Assembly: GCA_965230295.1 (NCBI GenBank)
Contig: OZ246001.1
Coordinates: 1,248,001-1,312,000 of the forward strand
From: Marinicella sp.
Lineage (GTDB): Bacteria > Pseudomonadota > Gammaproteobacteria > Xanthomonadales > Marinicellaceae
Reading direction: 5' to 3'
DNA: 64,000 nt
Of this stretch, positions 1-9,141 are shown piece after piece. The first letter of the stretch is position 1, and each line of letters begins with the position of its first letter. The notes under the pieces were generated by a model, which saw only the letters and a program-made list of their open reading frames with translations, searched no databases and was not told the DNA's origin. The translations under genes were made by a program, and so were the position numbers.

Positions 1-1190
1 GGGTCCCAATCCAGATCAGGATAGATCATCACATAGGCATGATCACAACCAGACAAAGCTTTTGGCAAAGCTGCCGCGTGAGCGCCGGCACGCATCGAGT
101 TGCTGCGAGGTTCCAACACAGCAATGGTGCGGCCATGGGTGACGGCCTTAAGACCCGCCAAGGTGGTTTCGATGGCCGTGGGGTGGTGGGCGAAATCATC
201 GTAAATGTGGATGTCATTGACTTCACCAATCAACTCCATGCGCCTTTTTACATTTTGAAAACGGCTCATCGATGCAGCAGCATCTGCGATTGAAACACCG
301 GCCTTTCCGGCTGCCAGCATGGCCGCCAAAGCATTGAGTTGGTTGTGAGTACCAGTGATGGCCCAATCGATCACTGCCAACTCGCCAGTGGCATCATGGA
401 TGCTGAATTTTCGCGGATCATTTGGATCAGTGACCACCCAATAATCAGCAGAATCATCACGCCCAAAACTGACCACCGGTGTCCAACAACCCATGGCCAG
501 GACTTCTTGCAGGTTCTCATCGTCTCCATTGACCACCATCTGGCCATTGGCGGGAATGGTTCTGATCAAATGATGGAACTGGGTTTTGATGGCATCGAGG
601 TCTTTGAATATATCGGCATGATCAAATTCCAGGTTGTTCAAAATCACCACATCACTGTGGTAATGTACGAATTTAGAACGTTTATCAAAAAAGGCTGAAT
701 CGTATTCATCCGCTTCAATGACAAAGGCTCGGCTCTCAGTCACCCGCGCTGATTGTGGGAAGTGATGACACACACCACCAATCAAAAAACCTGGGTTCAC
801 CTCATTGTCTTCCAGAATCCAGGCCAACATGGAAGCGGTGGTGGTCTTGCCATGGGTGCCGGCAACGGCAAAAACTTGCTTGTCTCGCAACACCTGTTCA
901 CCCAACCATTGCGGCCCTGAGCTGTATGGAGTGCTGTGTTCCAAGGTGTACTCTACGGCTGGCATACCACGTGTCATGACGTTGCCCACGATCACTTGGT
1001 CCAGATCCTCTGATGTTAAAGGCTCGGCATCATAACCTGGGTGGATGTCGATGCCCAATTGGGCCAATTGGTCACTCATCGGCGGATACACATTTTGATC
1101 AGAACCTGAAACCTGATGGCCCAACTGCCTGGCAATGGCCGCGATCCCACCCATAAAGGTTCCGCAGATGCCTAATATATGAATTTTCAT
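1..1190 (-). CDS. mpl: Murein peptide ligase Mpl (3' end runs off the window)
   Basis: Not in the ORF track because there is no stop in the window. The reverse complement from ATG at 1190 reads MKIHILGICGTFMGGIAAIARQLGHQVSGSD, the typical Mpl N-terminus, and later VAGTHGKTT and DDFAHHPTAI. Confidence 0.93.
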   Translation of the reverse strand, partial: MKIHILGICGTFMGGIAAIARQLGHQVSGSDQNVYPPMSDQLAQLGIDIHPGYDAEPLTSEDLDQVIVGNVMTRGMPAVEYTLEHSTPYSSGPQWLGEQVLRDKQVFAVAGTHGKTTTASMLAWILEDNEVNPGFLIGGVCHHFPQSARVTESRAFVIEADEYDSAFFDKRSKFVHYHSDVVILNNLEFDHADIFKDLDAIKTQFHHLIRTIPANGQMVVNGDDENLQEVLAMGCWTPVVSFGRDDSADYWVVTDPNDPRKFSIHDATGELAVIDWAITGTHNQLNALAAMLAAGKAGVSIADAAASMSRFQNVKRRMELIGEVNDIHIYDDFAHHPTAIETTLAGLKAVTHGRTIAVLEPRSNSMRAGAHAAALPKALSGCDHAYVMIYPDLDWD

Positions 1191-1213
1191 GAGCCTAGTA
1201 TACCGGTTTTGCT

Positions 1214-2434
1214 TCAGCCATGGCTGACTTCATAGCCAAATGGATCATCGATGGAATGCGATGGTTCAGTGAACCACTTAGGACCCGTGCTGGTCATGTA
1301 GAAGTGGTCTTCCAAACGCACACCAAACTCACCAGGCACACACAACATCGGCTCATTGGAAAAACACATGCCCACATCCAAAGGTGTTTGGTCGCCCTTG
1401 ACCAAATAAGGCCCTTCATGGATGTCCATGCCGATGCCGTGACCGGTGCGGTGGGGCAATCCTGGGGTTTGGTATTCAGGACCAAATCCTTGAGAAGCCA
1501 GGAATTGTCGAGCTGCCAAGTCTGCCTTTTCACAGGGTTGGCCCAACCGAGCTGCCGCAAAAGCCTTGGCTTGGGCGTTTTTTTCGGCCAACCATATCTC
1601 ACGGTGTCGTTCCGTCGGCTCGCCATATACATAGCTGCGGGTGATGTCTGAAATGTAATGTTCAACCATGCAGCCGGTATCAATCAATACCATGTCACCG
1701 TGCTCCAAGGATTTTGGGTTTTTAACACCATGCGGATAAGCGGTGTCTTCGCCAAACAAAACAATGCAAAAATAGGATCCTTTTGGGGCTCCAACTGCTT
1801 GGTGGGCTTGGTTGATAAAATCAGTGACTTCTTGAGTACTGATCCCGTCTCTGAGTATACGAGCCGCCGCTTTGTGCACCTGCAAAGTCATGGTTTTGGC
1901 AGTTTGTAATAAACTCAATTCCTGAACAGATTTTCGACTGCGGCAGTATTGACTGACCGCTTGTCCATTTTGAAATTGAGTGTCTGGGCTGGCCCCCTTC
2001 AATTGAGCGTACATATTGAATGGTAAGGATTCATCCAACGCCAGGGTGTTGATCCCATAAGCTTTGATTTGTTCAGCCAGCAGCTCAAAAGGGCTTTCAT
2101 GTTCCTGCCAGCCCAACACGGGTCCAGTCAGTTGCATGAAACCTTGCAAGGTACCCATTTCAAAATGAGGTGAGATATAAACCAATTCACCGGTGGCAGT
2201 TAACAATGCCCCGACCAGTCTTTCGCTGGGATGCCAATGGGTGCCGGTGAAGTAGCTGAGGTTGGTGCCAGCATGGATATACAAAGCATCCCAACCTTTG
2301 TCATTCAAACGAGCGGTTGCCCGGTTAATCCTGTCTTGATACTCAACCAAGCTTATGGGCTTAACAGAGCCCGTCATGTTGGTTAATTTGGCCAATTCTG
2401 TTTGGGCATCGCTGCCACCAATTCCAATGGTCAT
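1214..2434 (-). CDS. Xaa-Pro peptidase, M24 family
   Basis: Motifs LIDTGC, SDITR, HRTGHGIGMDIHE, SNEP and GVRLED of the pita-bread metallopeptidase fold, with an N-terminal creatinase-like domain. Confidence 0.9.
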   Translation of the reverse strand: MTIGIGGSDAQTELAKLTNMTGSVKPISLVEYQDRINRATARLNDKGWDALYIHAGTNLSYFTGTHWHPSERLVGALLTATGELVYISPHFEMGTLQGFMQLTGPVLGWQEHESPFELLAEQIKAYGINTLALDESLPFNMYAQLKGASPDTQFQNGQAVSQYCRSRKSVQELSLLQTAKTMTLQVHKAAARILRDGISTQEVTDFINQAHQAVGAPKGSYFCIVLFGEDTAYPHGVKNPKSLEHGDMVLIDTGCMVEHYISDITRSYVYGEPTERHREIWLAEKNAQAKAFAAARLGQPCEKADLAARQFLASQGFGPEYQTPGLPHRTGHGIGMDIHEGPYLVKGDQTPLDVGMCFSNEPMLCVPGEFGVRLEDHFYMTSTGPKWFTEPSHSIDDPFGYEVSHG

Positions 2435-2613
2435 TACATTATATTGATGTCTAAATTGACAGTCATTTTACCTGCACCTGGCTTTTAATATATGCATATT
2501 TTTAAGTTTTAAAAGCCACCTGCGCTGGTGTATCTATATGCCTAAATTCTGCAGGTTACATGCAAAAAACGTCGAATTCTCTTATAATGTGCGGCTTAGT
2601 CATTTCCCGAACT

Positions 2614-3405
2614 ATGCTTTTGGATACAATCTTACACATCATCAGATTCCTGTTGCGGATCATGGCCTTTGTATTGTCTTTGGTCTTTGTGTTGCCGTTT
2701 GTGATTTTTGGCATCTTACTGGCAAAACTGTTTCGCAATCATGACACCAATGAATTCATCCTGGTTTATTGGTCCAGGTTGTTGTGTTTTATTTGTGGTC
2801 TAAAAGTTTATGTCCATGGCCAAAAACCCGCTTCACCGGTCTTGCTGGTGGCCAATCATGTCTCCTGGTTAGACATTCCCATCATTCATTCATTGATGTT
2901 GGCAGGTTTTGTGGCCAAAAGCGAAATTAAGTACTGGCCCATCATAGGCTGGGTGACCATGGTCGGCGACACCTTGTTCCTTAAACGTGGCAGTGCTGAG
3001 TCCCGCAAAGGGGTTTTGACTCAGATAAAAAAACGATTGAACAGTGGTCGTTCTGTGGCTGTATTTCCAGAAGGCACTGTGACTGATGGCAGTCATCTAA
3101 GGACATTTCATCGCCAACTGATCCATGCAGCGGTTGAAACTGAAACACCCATTTTACCGGTTGCCATAAAATTCTTAAATAAAGACGGCAGTCGCAATGA
3201 CCAGGTAGGGTTTTTAAATGATGAATTTTTCTTAACCCATGTTTGGCGCATCTTGAGTTTACCCAATTCTGTGGTTGAGATTCACTGTGGTGAGTTGGTT
3301 ACTGATTTTGACTCAGGTGCACGAGCTGTGACATTACAATCCAGATCTTACATTGAACAGGAGTTGTTGAAGAATGATTATATGTCAGCCCCCAATCAGG
3401 CCTAA
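2614..3405 (+). CDS. Lysophospholipid / 1-acyl-sn-glycerol-3-phosphate acyltransferase family protein
   Basis: NHVSWLD (HX4D) and FPEGT motifs with an N-terminal TM segment. Start placed at in-frame ATG 2614; the ORF track starts at 2560. Confidence 0.88.
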   Translation: MLLDTILHIIRFLLRIMAFVLSLVFVLPFVIFGILLAKLFRNHDTNEFILVYWSRLLCFICGLKVYVHGQKPASPVLLVANHVSWLDIPIIHSLMLAGFVAKSEIKYWPIIGWVTMVGDTLFLKRGSAESRKGVLTQIKKRLNSGRSVAVFPEGTVTDGSHLRTFHRQLIHAAVETETPILPVAIKFLNKDGSRNDQVGFLNDEFFLTHVWRILSLPNSVVEIHCGELVTDFDSGARAVTLQSRSYIEQELLKNDYMSAPNQA

Positions 3406-4333
3406 AAACAAGCACCTCCAATCCATCCTGGCCAGTTCAAAAGTTCGTTTGTTGCGATTACGTAAGGGCAATCCTGTGAATGAAAACCAGGTAGAACAAA
3501 CCCTACAGAACCCACACGCCACTTTGTTGGGCTATTACACACAAAACCCCAATCCATCAGATACTGTCGCTATTTTGTTACATGGCTGGGAAGGCAGCTC
3601 TGACTCAACCTACATTCAATTGCTGGCTGATTCATTGTACCGCGAAGGTTTAGACATTTATCGACTGAACCTGCGTGACCATGGTGATTCGCATCACATG
3701 AATGAAGATTTGTTCCATTCGTGTCGCATCGAAGAAGTGGTTCATGCAGTTCAAGACATCCAAAAACAATTCCCAGATAAAAAATTCATCCTATGTGGCT
3801 TTTCATTGGGTGGCAATTTTGCTCTCAGGGTCGCTGCCAGGGCACAACAGGCCAAACTCGATTTTAAACATGTTTTTGCTGTTTCGCCGCCTATCATTCC
3901 CAAGAACAGCATGCAAGCCATTCATGGCTCCAAGTTATATAACAAATACTTTCTTCGTAAGTGGAAACGATCCTTACACATCAAGAACAACTTATTTCCC
4001 CACATTTTTGCTGACCACCAATGGCAAGCTGAAGAGAATCTGGAGCGATTGACCCAGATGCTGATTGTGGCACATACTGAGTACACCAGTACTGATGATT
4101 ATTTCAATGGCTATTCGATCACTCCAGATGTGATCAGAGCCATCACCCACCCAACTCATGTCATCACCGCATGGGATGACCCCGTGATTCCATTCGAAGA
4201 TTTTAGTACAATTGACCGCTTACCTCAGATCAAACTGTTGACCACTGCCCATGGCGGGCATTGCGGTTTTATTCAAGGATTGAGCATGAGGTCATGGATT
4301 GAAGACCACATCATTCAAGAGATAAAGCAATGA
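3374..4333 (+). CDS. YheT-like alpha/beta hydrolase
   Basis: HLQSIL, HGWEGS, GFSLGG nucleophile elbow, DDPVIP and GGHCGF. Confidence 0.88.
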   Translation: MIICQPPIRPKNKHLQSILASSKVRLLRLRKGNPVNENQVEQTLQNPHATLLGYYTQNPNPSDTVAILLHGWEGSSDSTYIQLLADSLYREGLDIYRLNLRDHGDSHHMNEDLFHSCRIEEVVHAVQDIQKQFPDKKFILCGFSLGGNFALRVAARAQQAKLDFKHVFAVSPPIIPKNSMQAIHGSKLYNKYFLRKWKRSLHIKNNLFPHIFADHQWQAEENLERLTQMLIVAHTEYTSTDDYFNGYSITPDVIRAITHPTHVITAWDDPVIPFEDFSTIDRLPQIKLLTTAHGGHCGFIQGLSMRSWIEDHIIQEIKQ

Positions 4334-6333
4334 GCCAAATAGAAGAGATAAAAAAACTACATCAAGCTGGGCAGTTTGAAGCTGCCATCAAAGGTTATCA
4401 TGACATATTAACCGCAGAACCTAACAACGATGAGGCCCATTTCGGTATGGCCCATGCCTGCAGCCGCATCAATGACCTTGAATTGGCTTTGAAACATGCC
4501 AAAGAAGCAGTGAACCTGTCACCCAACTCAGATCGCTACCAACAATTCAAAGGCCAGATGTTGATGGCCAATGGCCAGTTGGATGACGCCATGAAAGCAT
4601 TCAAGCGATCAATCAAAGAGAACCCAAACCTGTTTTTTTCATATTTGGCCGTGGGTGACATATACGCCATTAAAAATGAATCCAACAAAGCCAAGAACAA
4701 CTACAAAATGGCATTGAAAGTCCACAGCAATGGCGTCCCGGCCATCACCAAACTGGCCAAATTGCTGTTGATAGAAGGTGACTACAACGGTGCTGAGGAT
4801 TTACTTCAACAATCAGAATTACAATACCCCAATGACCCCAATATCAAACTGCACATGGGCATTTTAAAGTTAGAGCAGGGCGAAGAAGGTTTTGCTGAAT
4901 TGTATTTCAAAAAATTGTTGGAAGACGACCCGAACAACCATGTGGCCAAAGCCTATTTGAGTTCAAGTTTACTGCGCAGCGACCCAGAAAAAGCCACACA
5001 ACTGATCACTGAAATGCTGAACCAACGGATACAAATTCCTGAATTAATGGCTGCATTGGGTAAATGGTATGCCAGTACCAACAACCACCAGGAAGCCATC
5101 AGGTACCTGACTCCAATCTGCCAATCTGGTTTGGCTTACCCCAGTTGGCTGTTAACCCTGGCGCAAACCAGTGTGGGCAATTTACAACCCAACACTGCCA
5201 TGGGGATTTTGAATGAAGTGTTGAAACGGGGCGAAAACAGCCGGGCCTTGTTGATGTTAGGCCAAATTCACCAAATCAATGCCAACTACCCTGCTGCGAT
5301 CAAAACCTACCAAAAAATCAACCCCAACGATCAATTCTTCCAAGAGGCTCAATTGATGCAGGCCGAATGCCACTATTCTGCGACCGACTATCCGGCCGTG
5401 ATCAAACAATTGGATGAAGTGCTGGCCGCCAAACCTGATCACAACACAGCGGTTAAGCTGAAACTTAACACCCTCTCACAATTAGGCAAAGTTGATGATG
5501 CGCTGGCCCTGATTGACTCAATTGACAACGATAAACAAACCCCCTCTTTCAATCAGTTGATGCATTTGTACGCCGGCTTACTGCTTGATGAGAAACATGA
5601 CTATGACCAGGCCTGGGAACATTTTGTCAAATTGGAACACCCCAAGCCGCAAACCATTGAAATGTTGAGCAGCGAGGATGAAAAAGCCATACAGGCTTTA
5701 CCTTCTCCACCAGCAAGTTCGGTATTCAGGTTTGTTTTTACCGACCCTGCCACCGGACACCATGATTTTCTTAATTGGCTGCTGCAAAATAAAGTCACAC
5801 CATTAATTGACCGCTTCACCAACAAAGCCAGGGGGGATGTATTTTCTCAGCAGTGGACAGTGAAGATGCTGAATGATTTGAATGAAGGTCAAATGCATTT
5901 GTGGCGCAAAAAATACATCAAACAATTGAATTTTGCACTGCAAAATGATGCTGAAATGGTGGTCGACTTCCTGCCGTTTTCGCCCATCAACGCAGCCATC
6001 ATCAAGCGCATTTTCCCACAAGCACATGTTTTGGTGTTGAGCAGAAACATTGCTGATTTGAGACTACACAACCAAGTCTTTGGCAGCCATCAGGTCCATT
6101 ATTCACATTTTTCAAAAGTGGCCAACCAAATGATTGCCATGAACCCCAATGTGGCATTGGTTGATATGGATGCCTGGCAGGCCGGAGATGACCTGGCTTT
6201 GAAAAACATCCACAAGACCTTTGGAGAATATGTGAAGCCATTCGCCATGGCCCAAGTTACGCCGTTGGATCGTTTGATGTTTCCATTCATGCATTGGAAA
6301 AATTATCAAAAACAACTCAACGCCAGTTCCTAG
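4330..6333 (+). CDS. TPR-repeat protein with a C-terminal degenerate sulfotransferase-like domain
   Basis: About 430 aa of TPR-like helical repeats. The C-terminus has VDFLP...IKRIFPQAHVLVLSRNIAD, resembling the sulfotransferase pattern DKxP...FPxA...RxPxD. ATGA overlap with the upstream gene. Confidence 0.75.
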   Translation: MSQIEEIKKLHQAGQFEAAIKGYHDILTAEPNNDEAHFGMAHACSRINDLELALKHAKEAVNLSPNSDRYQQFKGQMLMANGQLDDAMKAFKRSIKENPNLFFSYLAVGDIYAIKNESNKAKNNYKMALKVHSNGVPAITKLAKLLLIEGDYNGAEDLLQQSELQYPNDPNIKLHMGILKLEQGEEGFAELYFKKLLEDDPNNHVAKAYLSSSLLRSDPEKATQLITEMLNQRIQIPELMAALGKWYASTNNHQEAIRYLTPICQSGLAYPSWLLTLAQTSVGNLQPNTAMGILNEVLKRGENSRALLMLGQIHQINANYPAAIKTYQKINPNDQFFQEAQLMQAECHYSATDYPAVIKQLDEVLAAKPDHNTAVKLKLNTLSQLGKVDDALALIDSIDNDKQTPSFNQLMHLYAGLLLDEKHDYDQAWEHFVKLEHPKPQTIEMLSSEDEKAIQALPSPPASSVFRFVFTDPATGHHDFLNWLLQNKVTPLIDRFTNKARGDVFSQQWTVKMLNDLNEGQMHLWRKKYIKQLNFALQNDAEMVVDFLPFSPINAAIIKRIFPQAHVLVLSRNIADLRLHNQVFGSHQVHYSHFSKVANQMIAMNPNVALVDMDAWQAGDDLALKNIHKTFGEYVKPFAMAQVTPLDRLMFPFMHWKNYQKQLNASS

Positions 6334-6336
6334 TCT

Positions 6337-7095
6337 ATGCTGTTAGATGTGCTGCAATGGGTGGTGTTGTCCTTGGTTCAAGGGCTGACTGAATTCCTGC
6401 CCATTTCATCTTCAGCACATTTGATTCTGGCATCCAAATTTGCCAGCTGGCAAGACCAAGGTCTGGTGATGGACATCGCGGCTCATTTTGGTTCTTTGTT
6501 GGCCGTGATGATTTATTACCGCAAAGAGATCACCAAACTGTTATCGGGTCAAGACTGGCCTTTGTTCCAACAACTGTTGGTAGCCAGCATACCCATCGCC
6601 TTGACCGGCATCTTGCTGGCCGGGGTGATTGAAGAGCACCTTCGTGAAACCTGGATCATTGCTGCTGCTTCAGCACTGTTTGGTGTGCTGTTGTGGTTCA
6701 GTCAAAGATACAGTAAAAACCGATCTATGGACATGAAAGCGGCCGTCCTGATTGGCTTGGCACAATGCCTGGCTTTGATTCCGGGTGCTTCACGATCAGG
6801 CGTAACCATGACAGCTGGTATGGCCTTGGGATTGAATAAATCACAGGCCGCCAAATTTTCATTTCTACTGGCCATTCCTGCCATCTTGATGACCAGTGCT
6901 TACGGCGCGATGAAACTGATTGAAGCACCACAAACTTATGATCTGATGGGCGTGATCACCATAGTTTCTTTGAGTTTTTTCTCGGCTTGGATGTGCATTC
7001 ATTGGTTCATGAAATACATAGAACGCATTGATTTTATTTGGTTCATGCACTACCGCTTGTTGTTGGCTATACTGATACTATTAACACTCATCTGA
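6337..7095 (+). CDS. uppP: Undecaprenyl-diphosphate phosphatase
   Basis: QGLTEFLPISSSAHL and PGASRSG signature motifs; polytopic membrane protein. Confidence 0.95.
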   Translation: MLLDVLQWVVLSLVQGLTEFLPISSSAHLILASKFASWQDQGLVMDIAAHFGSLLAVMIYYRKEITKLLSGQDWPLFQQLLVASIPIALTGILLAGVIEEHLRETWIIAAASALFGVLLWFSQRYSKNRSMDMKAAVLIGLAQCLALIPGASRSGVTMTAGMALGLNKSQAAKFSFLLAIPAILMTSAYGAMKLIEAPQTYDLMGVITIVSLSFFSAWMCIHWFMKYIERIDFIWFMHYRLLLAILILLTLI

Positions 7096-7109
7096 AAGAC
7101 TGTAATTAT

Positions 7110-8003
7110 ATGACTGGCATTGATTTACCCAAAGACATCATTTTTGAAACCCGTTATGGCAACATAGCCGGCTTACAATGGGGTAAAGGCAACACCGAAT
7201 CAGTTCTGGCCCTGCATGGATGGTTAGACAACGCCGCCAGTTTTTGGCACCTGGCACCTTTGTTGGCAGCCCATGACATGGAAATCACAGCGATCGACTT
7301 TCCTGGCCACGGTCACTCAGACCACCGTGCTCCAGGACACAATTACGGCTTCATAGATTACGTGATGGACTTGCAGGCCGTGTTGCAACAAATGGAGCAG
7401 CCGACCACCTTACTGTGTCATTCCATGGGTGCAGCCATAGCCGTCATGTATGCGGCGGCTTTTCCCGAACATGTCAAACAGTTGGTATTGATTGAAAACT
7501 TAGGACCTGTGCCGCCCTTTCAACCAGGCAAAGCAGCAGAATCATTGCGAGAGGCATTGAAACTTTGGGGTAAGCACAGTCTAGAGCATAAACGCTTTTA
7601 TTCAGACATCGATAAAGCCATCAAAGCCAGACAAGAAGCGACACCGATTGATACAGAAATCATCAGACCCATGGTTGAACGCGGTTTGTGTCAAACCACC
7701 CAAGGCTATCACTGGCGAACCGATAAGCGTTTGCGGTTACGCAGCTTTTTCAGGATGGCTGAAGAACAAATTCAGGAGTTTTTGGCCGCCACCCAAGTAC
7801 CCGCTCAACTGATCATTGCAGAGCCCAAAACATACGCCTTGCAATACCCCATGGTTGATGCCCGCTTAGCTGCACTGGACCCAACCCGGTTTGATCAAAT
7901 TCCAGGCGATCATCATTTACATATGGGCCAAGCCAAGCTTGTATCCGAAGCCATATTGGCCTTCCTCAACCGCACTCAAGATAACAGCAGTGATGCAAGC
8001 TGA
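7110..8003 (+). CDS. Alpha/beta fold hydrolase
   Basis: LHGWLDNAASF, DFPGHGHS, CHSMG and GDHHLH. Start moved to ATG 7110, just after the uppP stop. Confidence 0.88.
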   Translation: MTGIDLPKDIIFETRYGNIAGLQWGKGNTESVLALHGWLDNAASFWHLAPLLAAHDMEITAIDFPGHGHSDHRAPGHNYGFIDYVMDLQAVLQQMEQPTTLLCHSMGAAIAVMYAAAFPEHVKQLVLIENLGPVPPFQPGKAAESLREALKLWGKHSLEHKRFYSDIDKAIKARQEATPIDTEIIRPMVERGLCQTTQGYHWRTDKRLRLRSFFRMAEEQIQEFLAATQVPAQLIIAEPKTYALQYPMVDARLAALDPTRFDQIPGDHHLHMGQAKLVSEAILAFLNRTQDNSSDAS

Positions 8004-9141
8004 TTTTCCAGATTTATTGGATCAACACATGCGCAGGATCCGAGCCAGCGCTTCGGCAGTTGCTTTGGAAATCGGGATGAGTCGAGAAGCCGTAAACAAT
8101 TGGCGCAGGGGGTATTCCAAACCAAGCAAGAAACACCGCGACAAGGTGGTTGCTTGCTCAAATTACCTGCGATTAAGTGAAGCGGAATGCAATGAGTTGT
8201 TGGCATCCGTCGGTTTTGATCACGAATATGCCCTGTATCAATCCACCAACCAGTCCCAAGACCACTTGTTCATCCAGCTGGAACAGGCTCAACCATACCC
8301 CATATTGATGGTATTGACTCAGGACCACCTGGACCAACCTCCACAAAAACAACTGATCGTTGAGGCGGCTCAAACCAAATACCCTGATCGCCAGACCCTG
8401 CACGTCCAATTACCTTATTCAAACAACATCACAGTCGCTGATTTTTTTCACTTCATTGGCCAGCAAATGGGATTGATGCAGGTGCATGATGAATTGAGCT
8501 TTGAATTTGCTCTTAATGATCTATTACAGGCCACTGAAATCAATTTGATCATCACCCGTTTTGAACAAGGTAACCAAACATGTCGCAACCTGTTATCCGG
8601 CGTTTTAAGGAATTTATGCGAAATGCACGTCGGACGAATTCATTTGGTTCTGTGTGGCGGCGAACAACTCTCGGCTTTGAAATACGCACAAGGCGATTTA
8701 TCTTTATTGAACATTGCCAGTGCTTACATGATGACTTTTGATTTGGCTCAATGGCTGGCCGTTCAAACAATCATCAATCATTCATTTGATCACCATCAAG
8801 TGATGTATGAACTGATAGGAAATCACCCATCAATGGCCTCTTCCTTATTTGCCGCCATTCAAGAAGGGCACGATCATGAAGCACTCATACAAATGGTGAT
8901 GAACAGTGATGTGCTGTTCAGTGATTTCAATCAAGTCATCCGACAGTCCGGTAAAGCCCCATTGCAAGAAAAATTAACTGCTGACGGTCTGGGACCTTAT
9001 CGACCTTACATCCAAGACCCGGTGCTGCGCCAATTGTTTTGGTTGAATTTAATTGGTAAGAATCAAGACAATCAGCTGGTATGGCATTCAGATACCATCC
9101 GACAGGTGGGCATTAATTTGTTGGCAGAACAATCACTTTGA
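7993..9141 (+). CDS. XRE-type HTH fused to a probably inactive STAND/AAA-like domain (putative regulator)
   Basis: N-terminal ASAVALEIGMSREAVNNWRRG is a Cro/C1-type HTH. The rest has P-loop-like strand/helix order but no GxxxxGK, a Walker-B-like LIITRFE and a GNHP (GxP) motif. Start at ATG 7993. Confidence 0.65.
   Translation: MQADFPDLLDQHMRRIRASASAVALEIGMSREAVNNWRRGYSKPSKKHRDKVVACSNYLRLSEAECNELLASVGFDHEYALYQSTNQSQDHLFIQLEQAQPYPILMVLTQDHLDQPPQKQLIVEAAQTKYPDRQTLHVQLPYSNNITVADFFHFIGQQMGLMQVHDELSFEFALNDLLQATEINLIITRFEQGNQTCRNLLSGVLRNLCEMHVGRIHLVLCGGEQLSALKYAQGDLSLLNIASAYMMTFDLAQWLAVQTIINHSFDHHQVMYELIGNHPSMASSLFAAIQEGHDHEALIQMVMNSDVLFSDFNQVIRQSGKAPLQEKLTADGLGPYRPYIQDPVLRQLFWLNLIGKNQDNQLVWHSDTIRQVGINLLAEQSL

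Noticed and set aside
29-1035. Several short ORFs in the track, mostly on the + strand
   Set aside because: They are shadows of mpl on the - strand, which the track missed because it has no stop inside the window.
1214-1260. Peptidase C-terminus SIDDPFGYE resembling the DxIFxxGF tail
   Set aside because: The spacing does not fit, the protein has no signal peptide, and this ending appears to be part of the peptidase family itself.
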